NCBI GenBank assembly: GCA_965637545.1
Contig: OZ281495.1
Location: forward strand, 21,328,001-21,392,000
Length of the DNA: 64,000 nt
DNA from: Phallusia mammillata
Taxonomy: Eukaryota
Direction of reading: 5' to 3'
Shown here in pieces: positions 34,301-47,381 of the stretch. The position numbers and the translations under genes were made by a program. Positions within the stretch are counted from its first letter, which is position 1, and each line of letters starts with the position of its first letter. The notes under the pieces are model-generated. The model was not told where the DNA came from. It did no database searches and was given only the letters and a program-made list of their open reading frames with translations.

Positions 34301-37300
34301 TGTTGGGTTTAGCCTAGAATTTGATAAAAGTTTACTATGCCCACTCCTAAAATCAAGCGCAATTAGTTAATGTTTAGACAACAAATGTTTGTACTGCATT
34401 TCAGCGAAAAGTTCCTGTAACAATTATGCAATAAATTCCTGGTTGTTTGCCAGCTACCAGGTTGTACCACAGTGCCGTACTGATCAGCAATTGTAAAATA
34501 TTTTACTTTTTTTAAATGGTAACCGAATGTTTTTTGGAAATAACTGTGATTTTCAGCACAGTGTTTTCATCAATCAAATTTACAATTTTGAAATAAGATT
34601 ACAAGTTTAGGTAGCAGTAAAATATGACTTGACTGATACCATCTTGCATTATGAAACATACAATAGCACTACGAAAATATACATGCTGCAACAAAGGAAT
34701 GATTCATCATGCAACTAGATGCCAATTCTGAGTCATCGATTGGCATATGGTTGTGAAATCTGTCTGGATTTAAACACCTGTTGCTGTTTTAATAAGTGAC
34801 AACTCTTACATATTCACCATTCTTGCTTTCAGCTATGAGACAGTGATTTTACCAACTGAGGAGGCACCAGTAACTCCTGAACACACAACTCATGCACTTG
34901 ACCCTGAACCCATGTTGCCACGGTCAAAAGCAACACTTTCTACTCGTTCACGTAACAGTGACAGCGAAATTGGGAATCGCAGCCATTCACCCAAGTGGCA
35001 TCGAACGAACTCAGAATTAAGCTTAACCAGTTATGAAAATGATGCCGATCGAGAAAGCATGCGAAGGTAATGCATAGATTTTATAAAATGAAACTAACTA
35101 TCTAATTTGTACTTAAGTGGTGTTGTTATGGTTAAATTTAATCTGCTTGTAATAGCATTCATTTTTGTAACTTGTATTTGGCTGTAGAATGGCAAAGTAA
35201 TGCTTTTGCTTTGTTATTTGTTGGGTTTGCTAAAGTTAAAAAAACAAATTGCTTTTCTAGAAAATGTAAAAACAAACAATACCAGAAAGTCTATGACATT
35301 ATATATAAGTGTATTTTGTAGTGAAATGGTGGACACAAATTGGTGAAAAAGTGTGATGCATTGCAATTAAAAATCAGTCTGTTTCTGGTATTTACGCTTG
35401 ACAATTATTTGTCATTGTGACAAGTCAACAATGTATTTCCAGTTCCGACACTGCAAGCATATCAAGTGAAATGTCATCCATTATAAGCGACAATATGCTG
35501 CAAACTGGTGGCTACCAACGCAAAAGCAACATTTCTGTTCGAGGGAGCTGGCATTGTGATGTCAACAATGATGTTATGCGCAAACGTTATTACCGCATTG
35601 GCCTCAATCTATTCAACAAGTATGTAAATCATGGTTAAATTTTCTATATTCCTCTGTTACTTAACGTCAAGAAATTACTTCAGGCCTACACATTGCATTG
35701 AAAAAGAAGTCACACTTTTTTCATGACTGTAACGAATATTGACTTTGAACACTGAATGAACTTAACATACAATACTGTTATGCTTGCAATTCGGATGATA
35801 GAATTTATTTCTCTAAATGGATTTTTTGACTGTTTTTAAAGCATGTCTTTACCTTTTTCAGTCAAATTTCAACATTTGTTTGCAGAAAACCTAGCAAGGG
35901 ATTGGCATTCCTTGTTGAAAACATGTTTGTCTCCAACACACCGCCTGCTGTTGCATCTTTTCTATTAAATCGCAAAGGATTAAGTAGACAAATGGTCGGG
36001 GAATATCTTGGCAACACACAAAAAGTTTTTAACCAAGAAGTCCTGGAGTAAGAAATTTGCTCTTGTACAACTATTACATATACATAAATTAAATGCAGGC
36101 ACAACATTTGCTTCCTATTTTGAGTTTGTGAAGTTTAGATGTTGGAGGCATTAAGTATTGTATTGATTTTATAGATTTTTTTTCTTCCATTCTGTTGTTT
36201 CCATTATCCTGGGAGTTAAGAGCGATAATTTAAAAGTTTTTGCCCAGTCATTAAAGATTTTAATCTTTAAACTGCTTTGGTATTAACCTCTGAACTTTAA
36301 AAAAACTACCTTTAGCATCAACAGTTGTTTTGTTTATTACCCACAGCACCCCAAAACAAAACCTATTTATGTTTTTCAGTTCTTTGTGTGAGCTTCTCGA
36401 CTTCAGTGGAATGGAGTTAGATGAAGCACTTCGCCAATTCCAGTCCCAGATTAAAGTTCAAGGTGAAGCACAAAAGGTGGAAAGGCTTGTCGAAGTAAGT
36501 TTACTGGATAGAGATGGATCTATTTATGCTCACCTGGCTTGTAAAATTTATTGTTAACTGTACAAATGTCAGTTACCTGTGTATTTTGGTGTGTGTTGTT
36601 TGTTCACCAACAAGGCAACAACCATAAAATGAAGGGTAGTTGGGCTCTGTTATGTGTCAGTCGGAAATCTCTTTCTGTTTCTTCTCAATAGCGAGGATGG
36701 GTAAATTTGTGCTTTAAAAGTAACAGTAAACAAATGTGAGTGGCTGTCTGGTTAAATTGTATTTTATTACCCAATTATGAGTGGATTGTTGCAGCTACAA
36801 TGTTAAATTGCTTGCAAAAAATTGTGGTGCACTTTAAAACTTTTACAAAATGCAAAATAGTAAATTGCACATCAAAATGCATTGAGTGCCTTGTGGCACA
36901 AACTTGGGTACAAATATTTGGATATTCTGACTTAAACTATATGTAATAGCAGTTTTAAGCTTTAACAGGAAGTATATCTTGAAATAGGCGGACCCACTCA
37001 TTTAATGCAGATCTTTATGACTTATTTGTTCAATTCAGGCGTTTCCAACCTTTTTGTTACCATCTTACCAGTCATCCAATTTTTTCTTTTTTAAGTATAT
37101 AATTGACATGATGAAACATAACTGCCATATATCACAAAAAAAAATAAAAAAAATAAACATATCACAAACCATAACATAAAATAAAATAAAAAACATTCCT
37201 GCCTGATGCCCAATCGTTGTATAGAGCTAACTGATCCCATTCTAAAATAAAAATGTACATATACATCAATGAAAATTTGGTTCATATTTTTGAGTTCTTA

Positions 37301-40300
37301 ACGAGGGTAGAACTTGTACTTTCGCTTACACTGCATTGTTTCTTGTTTTACGTATGCAAAACTGTTTTCTGTGTTAATTATTGTGATAACTGGGATCAGC
37401 AAGCAAGTAGGACATATACACAGTGCTTTATGGTGTAGACAACAATTTATCTTAGTTACATTACAAGGAAGGTACACATACACGTGTTTGTTTGGTCACA
37501 ATCAAGGCTGTTGGCTTATCAATGTTAATGAAAACAAAGAGCACTGTAATTGTCTATTTTTTTCTTTTTCTTGTTAGTAGCTCTCTGACATAAAGCAGTT
37601 GTAAAATCAATAAATTGTGATGAAAATTCAGCAATACGTGAACAAACACTTAACCAATGGTTTCCAAATGAGGTTAGGTTGCACTGTTTTGTATTTTTAG
37701 GAACATAGCATTCTTTTCGGTCTACGATTTAGGACATAAAAGTTTGAAGGGAAATGTGCTTGTTATTTCAAAATTAATACATAGTTTCAATGTCCAAATT
37801 AGCTTACAGCCTCTCATAATTGATTTAACAACATTCCATTCAAAAAATTATGCAGATTATTGTCTAATTTTATTTTAAGGTTAAACATGTATGTTGGGGT
37901 CTTGTAAAATGATATCACAAAGACAATTAATTCATTTCAGGCTTTTTCACAACGTTATTGCACTTGCAACCCAAAGCTGGTTGAAAGTCTACACAATCCA
38001 GATGCAATTTTTGTGCTCGCGTTTGCAATCATCATGCTCAATACCGACCTTCACTCACCCAACATGAGGCATGAAAAGCGGATGACTGAGGCTGATTTTA
38101 TTAAAAATCTGAGAGGTAATAAAACCCACAAACAATATTTGAAAATTTGTCTTTCAGGAAAGAGTCTATTGACAGGAAATGGTTAATCTCCTCTAAAATA
38201 TGACATTGATGGAAAAACTGTCATACTCGATTGGTTTATATATTTTTTGAAGTGTAATACTCTATGAAATCAGATTTTGTGCAAGTTGTCAGTTAACAAC
38301 ATGGCAAATTTATATGTAACTTGTTTTGTTCATTGTTAATATTGCACATTGTATGGTATGTTAAGACTTTATTTATTCTTTAAAAGTTTAGGCTATTCGC
38401 TTGCTAAACAGGGCCGTTTCTTAGTTTATTTTGTGGTCATTTTTAACAAAGTTGTGCTGTAACACTATATTGGTTGGGGATTTATAAATATAAGTTTAGT
38501 CAATTCGGCCATTCCCTTCATAGACACAATGTTGTCAACATTAAATTGTGTTTTTCGCATTTTACCAATAGTCCCCAATATAACAATTTTGGTAAAATTT
38601 AATATTCATGAGAGTTATATATTCACTACAACTGAGACTGAGTCAAAAAAACACCAGAACCTGATTATCCTTGACCCTCACTTTAAACGGCGTAATTTTA
38701 TCAGGCGTGGATAACGGGGACGACTTGGATGAGGCCTTGTTGAAGAACATGTACAACCGAATACGTAACAAAGAGTTCACCACCCTCGATGATCACGTCA
38801 CCCAAGTCTTGGAGGTCAGTCACTAGGCAGATTGCTTGATTTAGAAACATGTCACCATAACCCTGTGACACATCCATAATTGCGACCTATTCCTTCGAGA
38901 CCAGCGCCTAATGGTCGCTGTACGTTTTCGTATTTCTTCCCTAGCGGTGGTGGCTTGTGTGGAAGCGGAAGGCAATACGCCTATGCGTCCACAGATTGTT
39001 GCAACTCGTAATGTTTCAGGCAATTGCAGTCATTAAGAGCGCACCTTTTCATTACCGCCTTAAGTGCTCATTTGTATCGATCCTAATGGGCAAAATAAGC
39101 AACGTCGTTTTCGCTTTGACCGAATCAGTTGGACAGTGTGCATTTTGTTGGCATATATGCGAGTTGTAACAATATGCATTTGGGCAAACTTGTTTTGCAG
39201 TCTGGCTTTTATTCGGTTAATTTTTTCATTCTATGCACAAACCAGTAGTACATATTTCAATTTTCCTGGGCGTGTTTGCAAAGGTGGAACGCAATATCGT
39301 TGGCAAGAAACCAGTCCTCGCAGTCCCCCATCGGCGACTCGTGTGTTACTGTCGCCTTTACCAAGTCACAGACCCCAACAAGCCCCAGAAGATGGGTCTG
39401 CATCAACGTGAAGTTTTCTTATTCAACGATATGATACTGGTAAGTAAATGCCTCTACATTGCCAAAGTAATCTAGGTACCAAGTAGTTGCGGTTTTTCTG
39501 CAGTAAGGTGACATTGAGTAGCGCCTTTGTTTGCTCGAGGAAGTGTAGCGTGTCACACCTGTTATGCGTATTTACGAATTTCCGCGTCAAGGGCTGTGTC
39601 AGGATTTGATAACGTTTGCAGTTTCCTGCTTCGCTGGTGTGTAGTCATCGATGCGTGACTACTAACGAAATGGTGCAAACTGTTTTCAGACCAAAACGCT
39701 ACTTTAAATTCGTAGATAGTATCATATGAGTAAAACTAAATTCAACCTTTTGTGGGTTATAGTAACTGCATGTGCTATAAAGGGGGTGGCATGCATATAG
39801 CAGTTTGTAAATTATCTTTGCTGTTAACGCCAACTGGTCCGTGTTTAGGGCTCAAACAGAACAATACCGAAATCTACTTACGTTATCCATGTTATTTTCA
39901 CCATACCGCCCGCTGTTATCAAGACTATTGGGAGATCAATTTTAATTAAAACAAATAGCACTGTAATTGTCTCTTTTTTTCTTTTTCTTGTTAGTAGCTA
40001 TATGACATAAAACAGTTTATTGTCAAATCAATAAAATATAAGGAAATTCAGCAAAAGGTGAACAAACACTCGACCAGAGGTTTCTAGTTGGGGTTAGGTT
40101 GCACTGTTTTGTATTTTTTGGAACATAGCGAGACTACACATTTTTTCGACCTACGATTTAGGACAGTGGTTCTCAAACTTTTTTTATTGCGACGCCTCTG
40201 GAAAGGTTTTGTGGACTTGCGACGCACCAGCAAATAATAGTAAACGAGGAAACTTAATAATTATTAAAGTTGTGTTTATTGATACAAGTACAACAACAAA

Positions 40301-43300
40301 AGCCCCAAAACTGAACTATTCTGCGACGACCTTGGAAAATTGAAACGACGCGTCGCGATGCACAGTTTGAGAACTACTGATTTAGGACATAAAACAGATG
40401 TACTTTGTCATTTCAAAATTATTGCAAAGTTTTAATGTCCAAATTAGCTTACAGCTTTTTATAATTGATCAAACAACATTCCATTAAAAAATTATGCAGA
40501 TTATTATCTGTTCTTACGTAAAAGTTTGATTGTGTGACTTTGTAGAAGGTTATCACAAAGAAAAATAATTCATTTCTGTACCAAAATCTGTTTACGTTAC
40601 TTATGTTATTTTGGCCATACCGCTGTGGAATGGTTAAATGAAAAACAAAACAAAAATAAACTCACGTGGGTTCCTTAAGCTTGTGTTGGACTAACTCAAC
40701 AATGATTAATCGCGGAGTTTTCAGTGCCTATGACGACATTTTGGTCTATGACGTCATCGTACGTGCAGTCGTTTATCGGATAATCTAAATGTACAGCGCA
40801 ATTATTCTTAGAACCTTACTTTATTGTGGACCATTCAGAAAAGTACAACTATACCACACCCCCTGCATAAAACCATATTTTTATGTCACAGATCACCAAG
40901 ATATTGCAGAAGAAAAAGTTTGCCACAACATACACATTCAAGCAGTCCCTCTCCCTACATGGGATGAACGTGCTGGTGTTTGAGACCACATGTAAGTCTT
41001 AAGTTTTAATCTATATGAGTGTAAAAATATGACGCACTTCCTTTTGTCACTGAACTTTTTCCAAAAAAAGGGAAATGATGTCTAGGAAAACAAACTGAGA
41101 TTTACTAATGGGCTTTCTTTTCCAACCTAAATTTGATTTCTTAAAACGCGCGGGATTTAAATTTCGTTTTGAAGAATAAGCCTGGCATGGATAATGTTGA
41201 ACCGTCTGTTGTTTGTGGCTATTAACGGTAATATTCCGTCGTTTGAAGTGAACGTTCAAGACCTAGTTAATACGCCATGACGAGCGCCCATATGTCAATA
41301 TTGCACTGCAGCATATGTCAGTCGTCGTTAAAAGACCACCGTAATAAAGAAAAAAAAACATTAGCTATACCTTGGCATAAATATGCTCCGATCTTGCTGT
41401 ACTAGAAATTTACAAATGCTTCATTTTGAACTAATTCAGACATACCGATTTGTTTCCGCTAATGTTTGTGCAATGAAGCTAATCATGGGCAATATGCATG
41501 TTGTGACGTTGTGGTACTTTGCATTCAATGAACGCATCTCGCCCGCACATATAATGTGAATGCATTGAAACACGATCGATGGAATGGCGCTTTGCGTTGG
41601 CACCGTTGGATTGAGTTCCTTCCTCGATCGCCCTTCCTAATTAATTCCTTTGCACCGGTGCGAACCACACCAGGCTTAACTACACGATTGGAAACGTGGG
41701 TTAATATGTAGTCGATAATTTTTTAACGTGACAATAGACAGATAAGCGGCCTACACTGTGTGTTCTCAAGCGTAAACTTACCTCCGATTTGAACTTTTCC
41801 GCTAAGGATAGTTATGTGGGGAAAGCGCATGCTGTGCTATGTTGTAACGGACGGCTTTGTTTTAGCTTCTTCATTTAAAAAACATCCACATTTTTGCTTT
41901 AAAAGCCCAAGGAAGATCTGTGTTGTTGTGTGGTTGGTGCAGCTTATTTTAGATTACCGAAAATCAATGCGTTTTCCTGTAAAAAATGCTTATTTTGTTG
42001 GTGTGGCTGGCAACAATTCATGTATGCTGTGCTTCCCCAAAGCAACAACAGTTTACTAAGAATTGGGGTTTATTCCCAGCTTTAACATGCCTTTAGTCAT
42101 GTTGACTATTTTTGACCTAAACACGTACTTGCCTCGTATTTTGACTGTGGTTTGGTTGCTATTTAGGATCCTAGGGTTTCGTTAACTCGTTTATCGCATC
42201 GCTATGGACATGGGGAAGATTTTGTATGTCCTGGGTTTCGCTTTCCACCACTGGTATTTGTGTGTCATCTAAAAATACAACTTTTGCCGACCGGCGCGCC
42301 TGTTTCTTGACATTTATCGTTGAACCGATATAATACTTTCGAGATACACAGTTTTTAGCCTTAAATTTTGATTTTTACAGAAATTTTGTCTCGTTGTTGG
42401 ATTAGAAACCGTGTCGTTGTTTTGACATAAAAATTTACTACAAGATTGTAAACTTCGATTTTCTCCATACAATAGGGTACTTAACGTGTAGCTTCTCATT
42501 TAACAGATTACCCAAACGGTATTCGACTCATCAATTCTCTCGATAATAAAGTTCTCATCACTTTCAACGCTCCCAACGAACATGACCGCAACAAGTTTGT
42601 TTCGGATTTACAGGAAAGCATAGCAGAAGTCCAGCAAATGGAAACCTTAAGGATAGGAGGTGAGTAAAATATCCTGATTTTACTTTGTCTTTATAAACGC
42701 TTGTTAATTGTGTGACCTTAGTTTCGGTTTCGTGTTTAACAACTGGACAAACCAGAGCTCGAATGCTTGTGTGTTGAAAAAACGATGTTGTGGTTTTGTA
42801 CCCTTTGCTGTTGTTTCTTTGTTTACTCATTTGTTTGGCTAATCGACTTTCTTTCAACTCGGAAACAATGATTACAGCCGAGTTAGAGAGGACACAAACT
42901 ACTTCACCCTCCGAATCTCGAACCAATTCCCTGCTAATCGAATCGAAGAAGATGTCAACTTCCATGCAGAACCTTAATGAACCACGTAAGTTGTATAAGA
43001 CATAGGGATGATCATTGGCCAATCTCCCGAAATCGTAAGACTCTTTACCGTAAGGTTAGCAAATCTGCAAAAACAATCATTTGTAAAGACTGTGAAAAGC
43101 CCTGTGTTTTCGTAAAACATAGATTGCAAGCATAAGCTCTACTGTTGATCTTTATGCTATATAAGACATTCCTAGCCCTTTACCCTGTCATAACATTTGA
43201 ATCCTATTTATAAGTTTTAAAATTTTTGGTGCATGTGTGTATTACTAACAGTGTCGTGTGTTTGTCGTTATTGAGCCGTTCCCATAAATACTCATCTCCC

Positions 43301-44378
43301 AAATCTTAGCATGTGGTTTTGTTATGATCCTTTGTTGTTTACAGTCGGCTTACCAACCATCGACCTTTGTCTGTACAAAAAGCAGTTTAATTTGTTATAT
43401 TGTTTAGTGTCTCAACTCAACCCACACTCTTTGTGCCACAGAACCAGCCCACTATCCCACGTAAATACGCGTATATTTAGTTAAATATTACGTACTGTTT
43501 GTATGACATGTATTGGCAACCAGTACGGCTATTTGCATTATATCTTTTTGGTTAGCATCAGTTTACTACTTTTAATGCTCCCTGTGCGGTGCATTTAGGC
43601 AATCATAAGGTGCCGTTTTAAATTTTACCTCTTTTCTCTCGATTGGTGTCGTGTTGGAAAAGGGAAGTAAGGGAGAAAATAAAAATCATATTCAAATGCA
43701 ATAATAATGAACAAACCGACGACTTGACAACACTGTGGTCATTTACATATTTAAATCACAGTTTTATCAATACTTCGCCATTGAATATATAATTCATTTT
43801 TTGAGCCTGTATTTTGAGTGGTATTGGGGAACGAAGCTGTGCTTGCAACCTTAAACTATTTCTTCTTCTCGTACATCAAAGACAAATCAGCAGCCTTTAG
43901 CCTTTTCAACTGGCAAGATAAGCTTGCAGACCGTGCGCTTCCTTGTTGCCCTAACGCAGTCACTGCATATATGTTATCGGGTAAACGGAAGTGCACGCAT
44001 ACAAGACTTATGATCAAATCACCAGCCATCTTTCAAAGCATTAATCTTATACCTATATTGATTGCAGACCCAATGGCAGCGTCGTTCTCCGGCGAAGGAA
44101 GGCCAACGTCTATGTACAACCTAAGCTCGACTTTGGAAAGCAACAATAACAATAATAATAACAACGGCAGCGTGGTTGTAGCGCACCCGCGACAAATGAG
44201 CGATCCAGAGCGCTCCCCAAGTCGTAACGGGCCCAAGATATTTGGCACTTTGTTCAGCAACACGGCGAAACGTTCGTCTGGTATAAAACGTGGCATTCGA
44301 GTTTCGTCGCCAGCTATTCGGGTCTACTCCCCTCCTCAGAACGGCCCGAACTCCGCTGCAACCACTGAATACTTGTGA
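31318..44378 (+). CDS. IQSEC1: IQ motif and Sec7 domain ARF-GEF (IQSEC/BRAG). Exons 31318-31493, 32853-32959, 33299-33435, 33725-34266, 34833-35066, 35443-35619, 35886-36047, 36380-36494, 37941-38115, 38705-38814, 39284-39439, 40892-40991, 42507-42659, 42878-42985, 44068-44378
   Basis: N-terminal coiled coil similar to IQSEC2/3; [15 protein letters not shown]; IQ motif [14 protein letters not shown]; Sec7 domain ([56 protein letters not shown]); PH domain ([25 protein letters not shown]). The single gene is likely co-orthologous to IQSEC1/2/3. Confidence 0.93.
37499..40578 (+). repeat. Diverged local duplication of an about 440-bp intron segment: copy 1 at 37499-37940, copy 2 at 39917-40578
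   Basis: Collinear shared blocks such as AGCACTGTAATTG, GGTTAGGTTGCACTGTTTTGTATTTT, AATGTCCAAATTAGCTTACAGC and AAAAATTATGCAGATTATT. Copy 2 carries a MITE and a mutated acceptor (TTCAG to TTCTG). Confidence 0.9.
40164..40379. mobile_element. hAT (Buster/Charlie-type) MITE, 216 bp
   Basis: TIR CAGTGGTTCTCAAAC / GTTTGAGAACTACTG; exact TSD ATTTAGGA. The empty site is preserved in the paralogous copy near 37726. Confidence 0.92.
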
Positions 44379-46634
44379 TGGCGATGCTCAGCCGTTTTTT
44401 CTTCAATTTATTCATTTATTTACTTTTTTTCGAGCCCGTCGCTGCCCCGTACTTCATTCAAGCCACTCGCTGCATTCAAACGTCGGTGACATTATTTTGC
44501 CATTCCTGTTTTTTAGTTTTATTCAATTTTCTTTTGTGACTCGTTTTTTTTTCTTCACCCCTCCCCACACTCGCTACTTTGTAATGGTTTCCCTAGGCTC
44601 TGATGGTGCGTTCCACGTTTAAACGGCGTCATTTAGGATTTCACGTTACTCTGTATTCGAGTAAAATCAACTACTCGTATCTATTAAGTATATCAATGAC
44701 ACCAGATAAATTGTGATTCGAATTGTGCAATCATATCGGACCAACATTGTTTAAGCAGTAAATTTTACCGACCCATATATGGCCGCATGAAAATACTTGT
44801 CTAAAAGCCCTCGCCTTTACAACCCGCGGCAGCGAAATGGTGTATCCTGTTCATGTCGCGCATCATACGCTTCCAGTGTTATAACGCAAGGCAAACGCAG
44901 CCAGCGCGTGGGTTATGTTTATAGAAGCGGAAGTCATGCATCATCTCGAGGACGTTGTGCAGTGCTGAGCCAGGCGCGTCGTTCAAACTGTTCACCAGCG
45001 ATTTTTGCCGCCAAGACGCCACCGCTCGACCAGGCCACGCCAAAATTTTTCGCGTTGTTTGTATGGCAGAATAGTGTGCAGATGTGTACTATAAAGGGCG
45101 TGTATTTCTTACTCTAACTGCCCTCTTCGTTTGGAAGCCATGATTTTGCCCCTCAAAAAATTTATACATATAAGTTCGACCTTTGCGCCATGTTTCATTC
45201 TGTTTTCTAATCATTTCGCCTAATATATACATACCTAGATATATATCTTGTTTCTTATAGCCCACTTACTATCACTATTATCCGCATTCGTTGGTCTGAT
45301 TCTCGCGTTTACTGATCGCCCTGTTTTTTCGCGTTTCATCGCAGCTTACCAGCCAACATGTAAAAGTGCAATCACCGCTCATTCGCTCATCGTGCGTCGA
45401 TTTGTTAACAACGCCCCAAACACGACCAAGACAACAATCCTTAGCCAAAATATGCCACGTCAGTAGCCATTCGCTTCGAGGGGCAGCAAACTTATTTGTT
45501 AATTTAGTTGTAGCGCAATTCCATACTGGTTTAGATTTGGGGTCCCCTATTCATACGGTTTTTTGATGCTTGCAAATGACCGTTATTTTAAACTTGAACA
45601 TTTCTTGGTTCCTCGTTACAGACACGCATTGGTGTTTATGTGGGTATTGTGCGACAAATTCATTTTTTGAATTAGTGAAATTATGTAGGTCACATTGCAC
45701 TGCATTTAAACGCCTCTAAATTCTATAGTGTGTGAAACATGTCTCTCTTTTGGTAAAACTTCGTCTTGTTTGGTCACACCAATTTAGAGTAGAATCAGCT
45801 TTGGGGTTAAATACTTGGGGAACTAACTTGGTGGCTTATTTTGAATGTAAAGCGAAAACCTGACTGTAAAATCTAATCCTAAAAAATGCATGTACATGTT
45901 TTCGTTTTTATAGCTGATTTTTGTTCCAAACGGTCTTACCAATTCGACTGAGAAAACAGTGTCCACCCCCTTATGGACAAGTATTACCACACGATTGACC
46001 ATTGTTTACTGGGTTTAGCTTTGACCCAATTTAGCATCGGTGTCGGTGTAATGCAGGAGCAAAGCGAACATTCCCTTCTTGTTTTCATTCTATTGGACGT
46101 CGTAAACCCGCTGTGCAATACAATCAGCTTTTGCCTACATGGGATATAGTCGCATGTTCAAACTTGATTTCTGATGCGCTCCCAGTTTTGTGTATTGGTG
46201 TTCGATTTTTTGAAGTACAAGTTACACTGTCGACCCGAATTGAATGATTTGTGTTTGCAGGAGTTTATTTAATTGCAGCAAAACTTAAGAGATGCCTCTC
46301 TGTAAAGGTTTGATGTATGATAGGTGTTACCTTTGTATACTCTCTATCAGTCGATGTGTGGATTAGTACAGTTCAGGCGCGTACTAAGATATTAGTCTTG
46401 AAATTCGTTTGTGTAGTTATAAAAACAGCTTACCGTAAGCAACACACGGCATTTAAAAATAGTTTTTTATATTGTTTTCCTTGTAACATCCAAATTTAAA
46501 GTCGGTTTGTGTATCCAGGGCTAAGCCAGGTAATCATTTCAGTTAAAATTTGCAATAATCTACAAAAATCTTGGACGTTTCGTAATTTCCAATTGCGCGT
46601 TTACTGTTGTCTCATCCGATACAGGTGCTTTTTC

Positions 46635-46648
46635 GTAACCCTGGTAAC
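46635..46648. promoter_or_regulatory. RFX X-box upstream of CFAP54
   Basis: GTAACC-CT-GGTAAC fits GTNRCC-N(0-3)-RGYAAC, about 730 bp upstream of a ciliary gene. A weaker X-box-like site (TGCTATGGCAGC) lies near 46722. Confidence 0.55.
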
Positions 46649-47381
46649 TAAAGCAGCGGTTGTTTGACTTTGGTTCACGCATGTACTGTTTCATTTGTAT
46701 TTTAAAACATAATCTGTAACATGCTATGGCAGCATTTGGCGTAAATGTTTTAATAAAGTGCTGGTCATGTTGTTTTGGAGTTTGTGCTTTCAGCATTTTT
46801 ATTGAAACCTGAAATTAAACTTTGTTATAGCTGCTGTATTTTTTGCCAGTGCTATTCCATTTCAGAACCAGTTGTTTTGAGTCTCCTGGACCCTTTTGAC
46901 ATGTAGCTGAAACTATGGACCCCTTTATAAACCCAGTAATTAATGTACGATTGGTTTCTATTACACCTGGAAAATAATGAAACAAAAAGTTTGCCTTTTA
47001 AAGCAAACAGACTGGATAATTATGAATCATTATATCATGCAAACAATCAAAAGGCTAGTTTCGCAATAAAAATAACAATACAGCAGGGGAAAAATAAGTA
47101 AACATGTTTGTTTATTCTGAGTGAGATCTTTTTCACCCAGCTTGGTTTGTAATGTTGCAATAAATTTGCACCTGTTGCAAGCTGCACCATTATGCATTAA
47201 GTTTTTTAGTCACTTTTATGCTAAACTCACAGACATCAGTTGGGAACCAGTGTACTTAACTAATTTCTTTTTTGTTTAGATCCGGCGTTTGATACAAATG
47301 CTCAGCAGTCATGTGTGAACCCACATTTAACTAAGCTTTCTTAGTATAAATATTAAATGCAACTTTTGTAAATGACTTAAC

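Noticed and set aside
41281-41340. TATTGCAC (miR-92 family 5' end) inside a weak hairpin
   Set aside because: The flanks are direct CATATGTCA repeats, there is no complementary star arm, and the rest does not resemble miR-92.
46865-47252. Degenerate hAT-like ends (…GTTGGGAACCAGTG)
   Set aside because: The left TIR is eroded and no TSD is identifiable.
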